From: Bugula neritina
Taxonomy: Eukaryota > Animalia > Bryozoa
Assembly (NCBI GenBank): GCA_964035545.1
Contig: CAXIUT010000097.1
Location: 496,001 to 560,000, forward strand
Direction of reading: 5' to 3'
Length of the DNA: 64,000 nucleotides
A program made the position numbers and the translations under genes. The notes beneath the pieces were generated by a model that had not been told where the DNA came from, did no database searches, and was given only the letters and a program-made list of their open reading frames with translations. Below, piece by piece: positions 1 through 13,420 of this stretch. Positions within the stretch are counted from its first letter, which is position 1. Each line of letters opens with the position of its first letter.

Positions 1-38
1 TGAAATACACTGCAACACACTACAACATACTGCAACAT

Positions 39-55
39 GCTAAAAGCTGCAACTT
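39..55 (+). repeat. Recurrent phase-shift landmark: 7-bp truncated monomer GCTAAAA followed by GCTGCAACTT (3-bp deletion). First of many copies, e.g. about 2055, 5070, 9914, 11930, 14625, 16790, 18806, 21881
   Basis: catgctaaaagctgcaactt, compared with the undeleted relative catgctaaaatatactgcaacat (about 2729, 3748). The column phase shifts by 3 at each copy. Confidence 0.92.
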
Positions 56-434
56 ACTGAAATACACTGCTACATACTGAAATATACTGCAACACACAGC
101 AACATACTGCAACATACTAAAATACACTGTAACATATTGGAATACACTGCAACACATTGAAATATACTGCAAAATACTGAAATACACTGCTACATACTGA
201 AATATTTTGCAACACACTGCAACATACTGCAAGATACTAAAGTATACTGCAACATACTGAAATACACTGCAGAATACTTAAATACACTGTAACATACTGA
301 AATATAATGCAAAATACTGAAATACATTGCTACATACTGAAATATACTGCAACACACTGCGACATACTGCAACATACTAAAATACACTGTAACATATTGA
401 AATACACTGCAACACATTGAAATGTACTGTAATG

Positions 435-451
435 TACCGAAATATATGGTA
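435..451 (+). repeat. Landmark box M1, TACCGAAATATATGGTA (TACC-N9-GGTA dyad). First of dozens of copies (1315, 2191, 2931, 4330, 5206, 5946, 7405, 9174, 10310 ...)
   Basis: Read directly from the sequence. It is a cluster of substitutions relative to the consensus, conserved throughout the window. Confidence 0.92.
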
Positions 452-724
452 AACTACTGAAATATACTGTCACACATTTAAAAATACTGCAACATACTGA
501 AATATACTGCGACACATTGCAATATACTGTAACGTACTGAAATATGCTGTAGCACATTGAAATACACTGCAACTCACTGAAATATACTGCAACATACTGA
601 AATACACTGTAACATATTGAAATATACTGCAACATACTGAAATACACTGTAACATACTGAAAAACACTGCAACATACTACAACATATTGAAATACACTGC
701 AACACATTGAAATATACTGCAAAA

Positions 725-748
725 TACCTAAATATACGGTGATATACC
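725..748 (+). repeat. Landmark box M3, TACCTAAATATACGGTGATATACC. Typically 290 bp downstream of an M1 box
   Basis: Copies at 725, 2481, 5496, 10600 and others. M1-to-M3 distance is 290 at 435/725, 2191/2481, 5206/5496 and 10310/10600. Confidence 0.9.
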
Positions 749-1704
749 AAAATAAACTGTAACACATTTAAAAATACTGCAACATACTGAAATACACTGC
801 AACACTCTGAAATACACTGCAAAATACTGTAACACACTGAAATATACTGCAACACACTGCAACATACTGCAACATACTAGAATACACTGTAACATATTGA
901 AATATACTGCAACACATTGAAATATACTGCAAAATACTGAAATACACTGCTACATACCGAAATATACTGCGACACACCGCAACATACCGCAACGTACTAA
1001 AATACACTGTAACATATTGAAATAGACTGCAACACATTGAAATATACTGCAAAATACTGAAATACACTGCTACATACTGAAATATACTGCAACACACTGC
1101 AACATACTGCAACATACTAAAATATACTGCAACATACTGAAATACACTGCAGAATACTGAAATACACTGTAACATACTGAAATATACTGCAAAATACTGA
1201 AATACACTGCTACATACTGAAATATACTGCAACACACTGCGACATACTGCAACATACTAAAATACACTGTAACATATTGAAATACACTGCAACACATTGA
1301 AATATACTGCAATGTACCGAAATATATGGTAAACTACTGAAATATACTGTCACACATTGAAAAACACTGCAACATACTGAAATATACTGCGACACATTGC
1401 AATATACTGTAACATACTGAAATATGCTGTATCACACTGAAATACACTGCAACTCACTGAAATATACTGCAACATACTGAAATACACTGTAACATATTGA
1501 AATATACTGCAACATACTGAAATACAGTGCTACATACTGAAATATACTGCAACATACTGCAACATAGTGAAATACACTGCAACATACTGCAAGATAGTGA
1601 AATACACTGTAACATACTGAAATACACCGCAAAATACTACAACATATTGAAATGCACTGTAACATATTGAAATACACTGCAACACATTGAAATATACTGC
1701 AACA

Positions 1705-1728
1705 TACCTAATTATACGGTAATATACC
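1705..1728 (+). repeat. Landmark box M2, TACCTAATTATACGGTAATATACC. Typically 390 bp downstream of an M1 box
   Basis: Copies at 1705, 3321 (variant), 4720, 6336, 9564, 11580 and others. M1-to-M2 distance is 390 at 1315/1705, 4330/4720, 5946/6336 and 9174/9564. Confidence 0.9.
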
Positions 1729-1795
1729 AAAATATACTGTAACACATCGAAAAATACTGCAACATACTGAAATACACTGCAACACACCGAAAAAC

Positions 1796-1804
1796 ACTGA
1801 AAAT
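1796..1804 (+). repeat. Recurrent phase-shift landmark: 9-bp monomer ACTGAAAAT (1-bp deletion), about 90 bp after M2-type boxes
   Basis: accgaaaaac actgaaaat actgtaacac. The column phase shifts by 1 at each copy (1796, 3412, 4811, 6427, 7886, 9655 ...). Confidence 0.92.
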
Positions 1805-3530
1805 ACTGTAACACACTGAAATATACTGCAAAATACTGAAATATACTGCAAAATACTGAAATACACTGCTACATACTGAAATATACTGCAACACACCGCA
1901 ACATACTGCAACATACTAAAGTATACTGCAACATACTGAAATACACTGCAAAATACTAAAATACACTATAACATACTGAAATATACTGCAACATACTGAA
2001 ATACACTGCTATATACTGAAATACACTGCAACACACTACAACATACTGCAACATGCTAAAAGCTGCAACTTACTGAAATACACTGCTACATACTGAAATA
2101 TACTGCAACACACTGCGACATACTGCAACATACTAAAATACACTGTAACATATTGAAATACACTGCAACACATTGAAATATACTGCAATGTACCGAAATA
2201 TATGGTAAACTACTGAAATATACTGTCACACATTTAAGAATACTGCAACATACTGAAATATACAGCGACACATTGCAATATACTGTAACGTACTGAAATA
2301 TGCTGTAGCACATTGAAATACACTGCAACTCACTGAAATATACTGCAACATACTGAAATACACTGTAACATATTGAAATATACTGCAACATACTGAAATA
2401 CACTGTAACATACTGAAAAACACTGCAACATACTACAACATATTGAAATACACTGCAACACATTGAAATATACTGCAAAATACCTAAATATACGGTGATA
2501 TACCAAAATAAACTGTAACACATTTAAAAATACTGCAACACACTGAAATACACTGCAACACTCTGAAATACACTGCAAAATACTGTAACACACTGAAATA
2601 TACTGCAACACACTGCAACATACTGCAACATACTAGAATACACTGTAACATATTGAAATATACTGCAACATACTGAAATACACTGCTATATACTGAAATA
2701 TACTGCAACACACTACAATATACTGCAACATGCTAAAATATACTGCAACATACTGAAATACCCTGCAAAATACTGAAATACACTGTAACATACTGAAGTA
2801 TACTGCAACATACTGAAATACACTGCTACATACTGAAATATACTGCAACACACTGCGACATACTGCAACATACTAAAATACACTGTAACATATTGAAATA
2901 CACTGCAACACATTGAAATATACTGCAATGTACCGAAATATATGGTAAACTACTGAAATATACTGTCACACATTGAAAAACACTGCAAAATACTGAAATA
3001 TACTGCGACACATTGCAATATACTGTAACATACTGAAATATGCTGTATCACACTGAAATACACTGCAACTCACTGAAATATACTGCAACATACTGAAATA
3101 CACTGTAACATATTGAAATATACTGCAACATATTGAAATACAGTGCTACATACTGAAATATACTGCAACATACTGCAACATAGTGAAATACACTGCAACA
3201 TACTGCAAGATAGTGAAACACACTGTAACATACTGAAATACACCGCAAAATACTACAACATATTGAAATGCACTGTAACATATTGAAATACACTGCAACA
3301 GATTGAAATATACTGCAACATACCAAATTATACGGTAATATACCAAAATATACTGTAACACATCGAAAAATACTGCAACATACTGAAATACACTGCAACA
3401 CACCGAAAAACACTGAAAATACTGTAACACACTGAAATATACTGCAAAATACTGAAATATACTGCAAAATACTGAAATACACTGCTACATACTGAAATAT
3501 ACTGCAACACAGCGCAACATACTGCAACAT

Positions 3531-4280
3531 ACTAAAGTATACTGCAACACACTGAAATATACTGCAAAATACTGAAATACACTGCTACATACTGAAATTT
3601 ACTGCGACACACTGCAACATACTGCAACATACTAAAATGCACTGTAACATAGTGAAGTAGACTGCAACACATTGAAATATACTGCAAAATACTGAAATAC
3701 ACTGCTATATACTGAAATACACTGCAACACACTACAACATACTGCAACATGCTAAAATATACTGCAACATACTGAAATACACTGCAAAATACTGAAATAC
3801 ACTGTAACATACTGAAGTATACTGCAACATACTGAAATACACTGCTACATACTGAAATATACTGCAACACACAGCAACATACTGCAACATACTAAAATAC
3901 ACTGTAACATATTGGAATACACTGCAACACATTGAAATATACTGCAAAATGCTGAAATACACTGCTAAATACTGAAATATACTGCGACACACCGCAACAT
4001 ACCGCAACGTACTAAAATACACTGTAACATATTGAAATAGACTGCAACACATTGAAATATACTTCAAAATACTGAAATACACTGCTACATACTGAAATAT
4101 ACTGCAACACACTGCAACATACTGCAACATACTAAAATATACTGCAACATACTGAAATACACTGCAGAATACTGAAATACACTGTAACATACTGAAATAT
4201 ACTGCAAAATACTGAAGTACACTGCTACATACTGAAATATACTGCAACACACTGCGACATACTGCAACATACTAAAATAC
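3531..4280 (+). repeat. Example of the 120/140-bp subunit level, delimited by a run of three B monomers followed by (A/G)CTAAA
   Basis: Delimiters at 3531, 3631, 3751, 3891, 4011, 4131 and 4271, giving spacings of 100, 120, 140, 120, 120 and 140. Confidence 0.85.
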
Positions 4281-7200
4281 ACTGTAACATATTGAAATAC
4301 ACTGCAACACATTGAAATATACTGCAATGTACCGAAATATATGGTAAACTACTGAAATATACTGTCACACATTGAAAAACACTGCAACATACTGAAATAT
4401 ACTGCGACACATTGCAATATACTGTAACATACTGAAATATGCTGTATCACACTGAAATACACTGCAACTCACTGAAATATACTGCAACATACTGAAATAC
4501 ACTGTAACATATTGAAATATACTGCAACATACTGAAATACAGTGCTACATACTGAAATATACTGCAACATACTGCAACATAGTGAAATACACTGCAACAT
4601 ACTGCAAGATAGTGAAATACACTGTAACATACTGAAATACACCGCAAAATACTACAACATATTGAAATGCACTGTAACATATTGAAATACACTGCAACAC
4701 ATTGAAATATACTGCAACATACCTAATTATACGGTAATATACCAAAATATACTGTAACACATCGAAAAATACTGCAACATACTGAAATACACTGCAACAC
4801 ACCGAAAAACACTGAAAATACTGTAACACACTGAAATATACTGCAAAATACTGAAATATACTGCAAAATACTGAAATACACTGCTACATACTGAAATATA
4901 CTGCAACACACCGCAACATACTGCAACATACTAAAGTATACTGCAACATACTGAAATACACTGCAAAATACTAAAATACACTATAACATACTGAAATATA
5001 CTGCAACATACTGAAATACACTGCTATATACTGAAATACACTGCAACACACTACAACATACTGCAACATGCTAAAAGCTGCAACTTACTGAAATACACTG
5101 CTACATACTGAAATATACTGCAACACACTGCGACATACTGCAACATACTAAAATACACTGTAACATATTGAAATACACTGCAACACATTGAAATATACTG
5201 CAATGTACCGAAATATATGGTAAACTACTGAAATATACTGTCACACATTTAAGAATACTGCAACATACTGAAATATACAGCGACACATTGCAATATACTG
5301 TAACGTACTGAAATATGCTGTAGCACATTGAAATACACTGCAACTCACTGAAATATACTGCAACATACTGAAATACACTGTAACATATTGAAATATACTG
5401 CAACATACTGAAATACACTGTAACATACTGAAAAACACTGCAACATACTACAACATATTGAAATACACTGCAACACATTGAAATATACTGCAAAATACCT
5501 AAATATACGGTGATATACCAAAATAAACTGTAACACATTTAAAAATACTGCAACACACTGAAATACACTGCAACACTCTGAAATACACTGCAAAATACTG
5601 TAACACACTGAAATATACTGCAACACACTGCAACATACTGCAACATACTAGAATACACTGTAACATATTGAAATATACTGCAACATACTGAAATACACTG
5701 CTATATACTGAAATATACTGCAACACACTACAATATACTGCAACATGCTAAAATATACTGCAACATACTGAAATACCCTGCAAAATACTGAAATACACTG
5801 TAACATACTGAAGTATACTGCAACATACTGAAATACACTGCTACATACTGAAATATACTGCAACACACTGCGACATACTGCAACATACTAAAATACACTG
5901 TAACATATTGAAATACACTGCAACACATTGAAATATACTGCAATGTACCGAAATATATGGTAAACTACTGAAATATACTGTCACACATTGAAAAACACTG
6001 CAAAATACTGAAATATACTGCGACACATTGCAATATACTGTAACATACTGAAATATGCTGTATCACACTGAAATACACTGCAACTCACTGAAATATACTG
6101 CAACATACTGAAATACACTGTAACATATTGAAATATACTGCAACATACTGAAATACAGTGCTACATACTGAAATATACTGCAACATACTGCAACATAGTG
6201 AAATACACTGCAACATACTGCAAGATAGTGAAACACACTGTAACCTACTGAAATACACCGCAAAATACTACAACATATTGAAATGCACTGTAACATATTG
6301 AAATACACTGCAACAGATTGAAATATACTGCAACATACCTAATTATACGGTAATATACCAAAATATACTGTAACACATCGAAAAATACTGCAACATACTG
6401 AAATACACTGCAACACACCGAAAAACACTGAAAATACTGTAACACACTGAAATATACAGCAAAATACTGAAATATACTGCAAAATACTGAAATACACTGC
6501 TACATACTGAAATATACTGCAACACACCGCAACATACTGCAACATACTAAAGTATACTGCAACATACTGAAATACACTGCAAAATACTAAAATACACTGT
6601 AACATATTGGAATACACTGCAACACACTGAAATATACTGCAAAATACTGAAATACACTGCTACATACTGAAATTTACTGCGACACACTGCAACATACTGC
6701 AACATACTAAAATGCACTGTAACATAGTGAAATAGACTGCAACACATTGAAATATACTGCAAAATACTGAAATACACTGCTATATACTGAAATACACTGC
6801 AACACACTACAACATACTGCAACATGCTAAAATATACTGCAACATACTGAAATACACTGCAAAATACTGAAATACACTGTAACATACTGAAGTATACTGC
6901 AACATACTGAAATACACTGCTACATACTGAAATATACTGCAACACACAGCAACATACTGCAACATACTAAAATACACTGTAACATATTGGAATACACTGC
7001 AACACATTGAAATATACTGCAAAATACTGAAATACACTGCTACATACTGAAATATACTGCGACACACCGCAACATACCGCAACGTACTAAAATACACTGT
7101 AACATATTGAAATAGACTGCAACACATTGAAATATACTTCAAAATACTGAAATACACTGCTACATACTGAAATATACTGCAACACACTGCAACATACTGC

Positions 7201-9875
7201 AACATACTAAAATATACTGCAACATACTGAAATACACTGCAAAATACTGAAATACACTGTAACATACTGAAATATACTGCAAAATACTGAAATACACTGC
7301 TACATACTGAAATATACTGCAACACACTGCGACATACTGCAACATACTAAAATACACTGTAACATATTGAAATACACTGCAACACATTGAAATATACTGC
7401 AATGTACCGAAATATATGGTAAACTACTGAAATATACTGTCACACATTGAAAAACACTGCAACATACTGAAATATACTGCGACACATTGCAATATACTGT
7501 AACATACTAAAATATGCTGTAGCACACCGAAATACACTGCAACTCACTGAAATATACTGCAACATACTGAAATACACTGTAACATATTGAAATATACTGC
7601 AACATACTGAAATACAGTGCTACATACTGAAATATACTGCAACATACTGCAACATAGTGAAATACACTGCAACATACTGCAAGATAGTGAAATACACTGT
7701 ATCATACTTAAATACACCGCAAAATACTACAACATATTGAAATGCATTGTAACATATTGAAATACACTGCAACACATTGAAATATACTGCAACATACCTG
7801 AATATACAGTAATATACCAAAATATACTGTAACACATTGAAAAATACTGCAACATACTGAAATACACTGGAACACACCGAAAAACACTGAAAATACTGTA
7901 ACACACTGAAATATACTGCAAAATACTGAAATATACTGCAAAATACTGAAATACACTGCTACATACTGAAATATACTGCAACACACCGCAACATACTGCA
8001 ACATACTAAAGTATACTGCAACATACTGAAATACACTGCAAAATACTGAAATACACTATAACATACTGAAATATACTGCAACATACTGAAATATACTGCT
8101 ACATACTGAAATATACTGCAACACACTGCAACATACTGCAACATACTAGAATACACTGTAACATAATGAAATACACTGCAAAACTCTGAAATACACTGCA
8201 AATTACTGTAACACACTGAAATAGACTGCAACACACTGCAACATACTGCAACATACTAGAATACACTGTAACATATTGAAATATACTGCAACATACTGAA
8301 ATACACTGCTACATACTGAAATTTACTGCGACACACAGCAACATACTGCAACATACTAAAATGCACTGTAACATATTGGAATACACTGCAACACATTGAA
8401 ATATACTGCAAAATACTGAAATACACTGCTACATACTGAAATTTACTGCGACACACTGCAACATACTGCAACATACTAAAATGCACTGTAACATAGTGAA
8501 ATAGACTGCAACACATTGAAATATACTGCAAAATACTGAAATACACTGCTATATACTGAAATACACTGCAACACACTACAACATACTGCAACATGCTGAA
8601 ATATACTGCAACATACTGAAATACACTGCAAAATACTGAAATACACTGTAACATACTGAAGTATACTGCAACACACTGAAATACACTGCTACATACTGAA
8701 TGATACTGCAACACACAGCAACATACTGCAACATACTAAAACACACTGTAACATATTGGAATACACTGCAACACATTGAAATATACTGCAAAATACTGAA
8801 ATACACTGCTACATACTGAAATATACTGCGACACACCGCAACATACCGCAACGTACTAAAATACACTGTAACATATTGAAATAGACTGCAACACATTGAA
8901 ATATACTGCAAAATACTGAAATACACTGCTACATACTGAAATAGACTGCAACACACTGCAACATACTGCAACATACTGAAATATACTGCAACATACTGAA
9001 ATACACTGCAGAATACTGAAATACACTGTAACATACTGAAATATACTGCAAAATACTGAAATACACTGCTACATACTGAAATATACTGCAACACACTGCG
9101 ACATACTGCCACATACTAAAATACACTGTAACATATTGAAATACACTGCAACACATTGAAATATACTGCAATGTACCGAAATATATGGTAAACTACTGAA
9201 ATATACTGTCACACATTGAAAAACACTGCAACATACTGAAATATACTGCGACACATTGCAATATACTGTAACATACTGAAATATGCTGTATCACACTGAA
9301 ATACACTGCAACTCACTGAAATATACTGCAACATACTGAAATACACTGTAACATATTGAAATATACTGCAACATACTGAAATACAGTGCTACATACTGAA
9401 AAATACTGCAACATACTGCAACATAGTGAAATACACTGCAACATACTGCAAGATAGTGAAATACACTGTAACATACTGAAATACACCGCAAAATACTACA
9501 ACATATTGAAATGCACTGTAACATATTGAAATACACTGCAACACATTGAAATATACTGCAACATACCTAATTATACGGTAATATACCAAAATATACTGTA
9601 ACACATCGAAAAATACTGCAACATACTGAAATACACTGCAACACACCGAAAAACACTGAAAATACTGTAACACACTGAAATATACTGCAAAATACTGAAA
9701 TATACTGCAAAATACTGAAATACACTGCTACATACTGAAATATATTGCAACACACCGCAACATACTGCAACATACTAAAGTATACTGCAACATACTGAAA
9801 GACACTGCAAAATACTAAAATACACCATAACATACTGAAATATACTGCAACATACTGAAATACACTGCTATATAC

Positions 9876-12800
9876 TGAAATACACTGCAACACACTACAA
9901 CATACTGCAACATGCTAAAAGCTGCAACTTACTGAAATACACTGCTACATACTGAAATATACTGCAACACACAGCAACATACTGCAACATACTAAAATAC
10001 ACTGTAACATATTGGAATACACTGCAACACATTGAAATATACTGCAAAATACTGAAATACACTGCTACATACTGAAATATTTTGCAACACACTGCAACAT
10101 ACTGCAAGATACTAAAGTATACTGCAACATACTGAAATACACTGCAGAATACTTAAATACACTGTAACATACTGAAATATAATGCAAAATACTGAAATAC
10201 ATTGCTACATACTGAAATATACTGCAACACACTGCGACATACTGCAACATACTAAAATACACTGTAACATATTGAAATACACTGCAACACATTGAAATGT
10301 ACTGCAATGTACCGAAATATATGGTAAACTACTGAAATATACTGTCACACATTTAAAAATACTGCAACATACTGAAATATACTGCGACACATTGCAATAT
10401 ACTGTAACGTACTGAAATATGCTGTAGCACATTGAAATACACTGCAACTCACTGAAATATACTGCAACATACTGAAATACACTGTAACATATTGAAATAT
10501 ACTGCAACATACTGAAATACACTGTAACATACTGAAAAACACTGCAACATACTACAACATATTGAAATACACTGCAACACATTGAAATATACTGCAAAAT
10601 ACCTAAATATACGGTGATATACCAAAATAAACTGTAACACATTTAAAAATACTGCAACATACTGAAATACACTGCAACACTCTGAAATACACTGCAAAAT
10701 ACTGTAACACACTGAAATATACTGCAACACACTGCAACATACTGCAACATACTAGAATACACTGTAACATATTGAAATATACTGCAACACATTGAAATAT
10801 ACTGCAAAATACTGAAATACACTGCTACATACCGAAATATACTGCGACACACCGCAACATACCGCAACGTACTAAAATACACTGTAACATATTGAAATAG
10901 ACTGCAACACATTGAAATATACTGCAAAATACTGAAATACACTGCTACATACTGAAATATACTGCAACACACTGCAACATACTGCAACATACTAAAATAT
11001 ACTGCAACATACTGAAATACACTGCAGAATACTGAAATACACTGTAACATACTGAAATATACTGCAAAATACTGAAATACACTGCTACATACTGAAATAT
11101 ACTGCAACACACTGCGACATACTGCAACATACTAAAATACACTGTAACATATTGAAATACACTGCAACACATTGAAATATACTGCAATGTACCGAAATAT
11201 ATGGTAAACTACTGAAATATACTGTCACACATTGAAAAACACTGCAACATACTGAAATATACTGCGACACATTGCAATATACTGTAACATACTGAAATAT
11301 GCTGTATCACACTGAAATACACTGCAACTCACTGAAATATACTGCAACATACTGAAATACACTGTAACATATTGAAATATACTGCAACATACTGAAATAC
11401 AGTGCTACATACTGAAATATACTGCAACATACTGCAACATAGTGAAATACACTGCAACATACTGCAAGATAGTGAAATACACTGTAACATACTGAAATAC
11501 ACCGCAAAATACTACAACATATTGAAATGCACTGTAACATACTGAAATACACTGCAACACATTGAAATATACTGCAACATACCTAATTATACGGTAATAT
11601 ACCAAAATAAACTGTAACACATCGAAAAATACTGCAACATACTGAAATACACTGCAACACACCGAAAAACACTGAAAATACTGTAACACACTGAAATATA
11701 CTGCAAAATACTGAAATATACTGCAAAATACTGAAATACACTGCTACATACTGAAATATACTGCAACACACCGCAACATACTGCAACATACTAAAGTATA
11801 CTGCAACATACTGAAATACACTGCAAAATACTAAAATTCACTATAACATACTGAAATATACTGCAACATCCTGAAATACACTGCTATATACTGAAATACA
11901 CTGCAACACACTACAACATACTGCAACATGCTAAAAGCTGCAACTTACTGAAATACACTGCTACATACTGAAATATACTGCAACACACTGCGACATACTG
12001 CAACATACTAAAATACACTGTAACATATTGAAATACACTGCAACACATTGAAATATACTGCAATGTACCGAAATATATGGTAAACTACTGAAATATACTG
12101 TCACACATTTAAAAATACTGCAACATACTGAAATATACTGCGACACATTGCAATATACTGTAACGTACTGAAATATGCTGTAGCACATTGAAATACACTG
12201 CAACTCACTGAAATATACTGCAACATACTGAAATACACTGTAACATATTGAAATATACTGCAACATACTGAAATACACTGTAACATACTGAAAAACACTG
12301 CAACATACTACAACATATTGAAATACACTGCAACACATTGAAATATACTGCAAAATACCTAAATATACGGTGATATACCAAAATAAACTGTAACACATTT
12401 AAAAATACTGCAACACACTGAAATACACTGCAACACTCTGAAATACACTGCAAAATACTGTAACACACTGAAATATACTGCAACACACTGCAACATACTG
12501 CAACATACTAGAATACACTGTAACATATTGAAATATACTGCAACATACTGAAATACACTGCTATATACTGAAATATACTGCAACACACTACAATATACTG
12601 CAACATGCTAAAATATACTGCAACATACTGAAATACCCTGCAAAATACTGAAATACACTGTAACATACTGAAGTATACTGCAACATACTGAAATACACTG
12701 CTACATACTGAAATGTACTGCAACACACTGCGACATACTGCAACATACTAAAATACACTGTAACATATTGAAATACACTGCAACACATTGAAATATACTG

Positions 12801-13420
12801 CAATGTACCGAAATATATGGTAAACTACTGAAATATACTGTCACACATTGAAAAACACTGCAAAATACTGAAATATACTGCGACACATTGCAATATACTG
12901 TAACATACTGAAATATGCTGTATCACACTGAAATACACTGCAACTCACTGAAATATACTGCAACATACTGAAATACACTGTAACATATTGAAATATACTG
13001 CAACATACTGAAATACAGTGCTACATACTGAAATATACTGCAACATACTGCAACATAGTGAAATACACTGCAACATACTGCAAGATAGTGAAATACACTG
13101 TAACATACTGAAATACACCGCAAAATACTACAACATATTGAAATGCACTGTAACATATTGAAATACACTGCAACACATTGAAATATACTGCAACATACCT
13201 AATTATACGGTAATATACCAAAATATACTGTAACACATCGAAAAATACTGCAACATACCGAAATACACTGCAACACACCGAAAAACACTGAAAATACTGT
13301 AACACACTGAAATATACTGCAAAATACTGAAATATACTGCAAAATACTGAAATACACTGCTACATACTGAAATATACTGCAACACACCGCAACATACTGC
13401 AACATACTAAAGTATACTGC
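9876..13420 (+). repeat. Copy of bases 1 to about 3545 at offset 9875
   Basis: ORF offsets 20/9895, 330/10205, 768/10643, 2086/11961 and 3328/13203 are all 9875. This copy lacks the catttaagaat and tacagcgac variants, so it is less similar than the 16751 copy. Confidence 0.88.

Larger units (their letters stand above)
960..7500 (+). repeat. About 2.1 tandem copies of a 3.0-kb higher-order unit (offset 3015, then 3075 after a 60-bp indel near 3545/6560)
   Basis: ORF offsets 1070/4085, 2086/5101 and 3328/6343 = 3015; 3732/6807 and 4225/7300 = 3075. Shared private variants: catttaagaat (2231/5246), tacagcgac (2261/5276), acttcaaaat (4061/7136). Confidence 0.9.

Noticed and set aside
435-451. 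17-bp box as a CENP-B box or a papillomavirus E2 site
   Set aside because: It lacks the TTCG....A..CGGG core of the CENP-B box. E2 sites are ACC-N6-GGT, whereas this is ACC-N9-GGT. The equal length to the CENP-B box is coincidental.
1705-1728. Box as an RNA hairpin, terminator or transposon terminal inverted repeat
   Set aside because: The stems are only 4 bp, there is no U-tract or target-site duplication, and the box stays in the 10-bp register as mutated monomers rather than an insertion.
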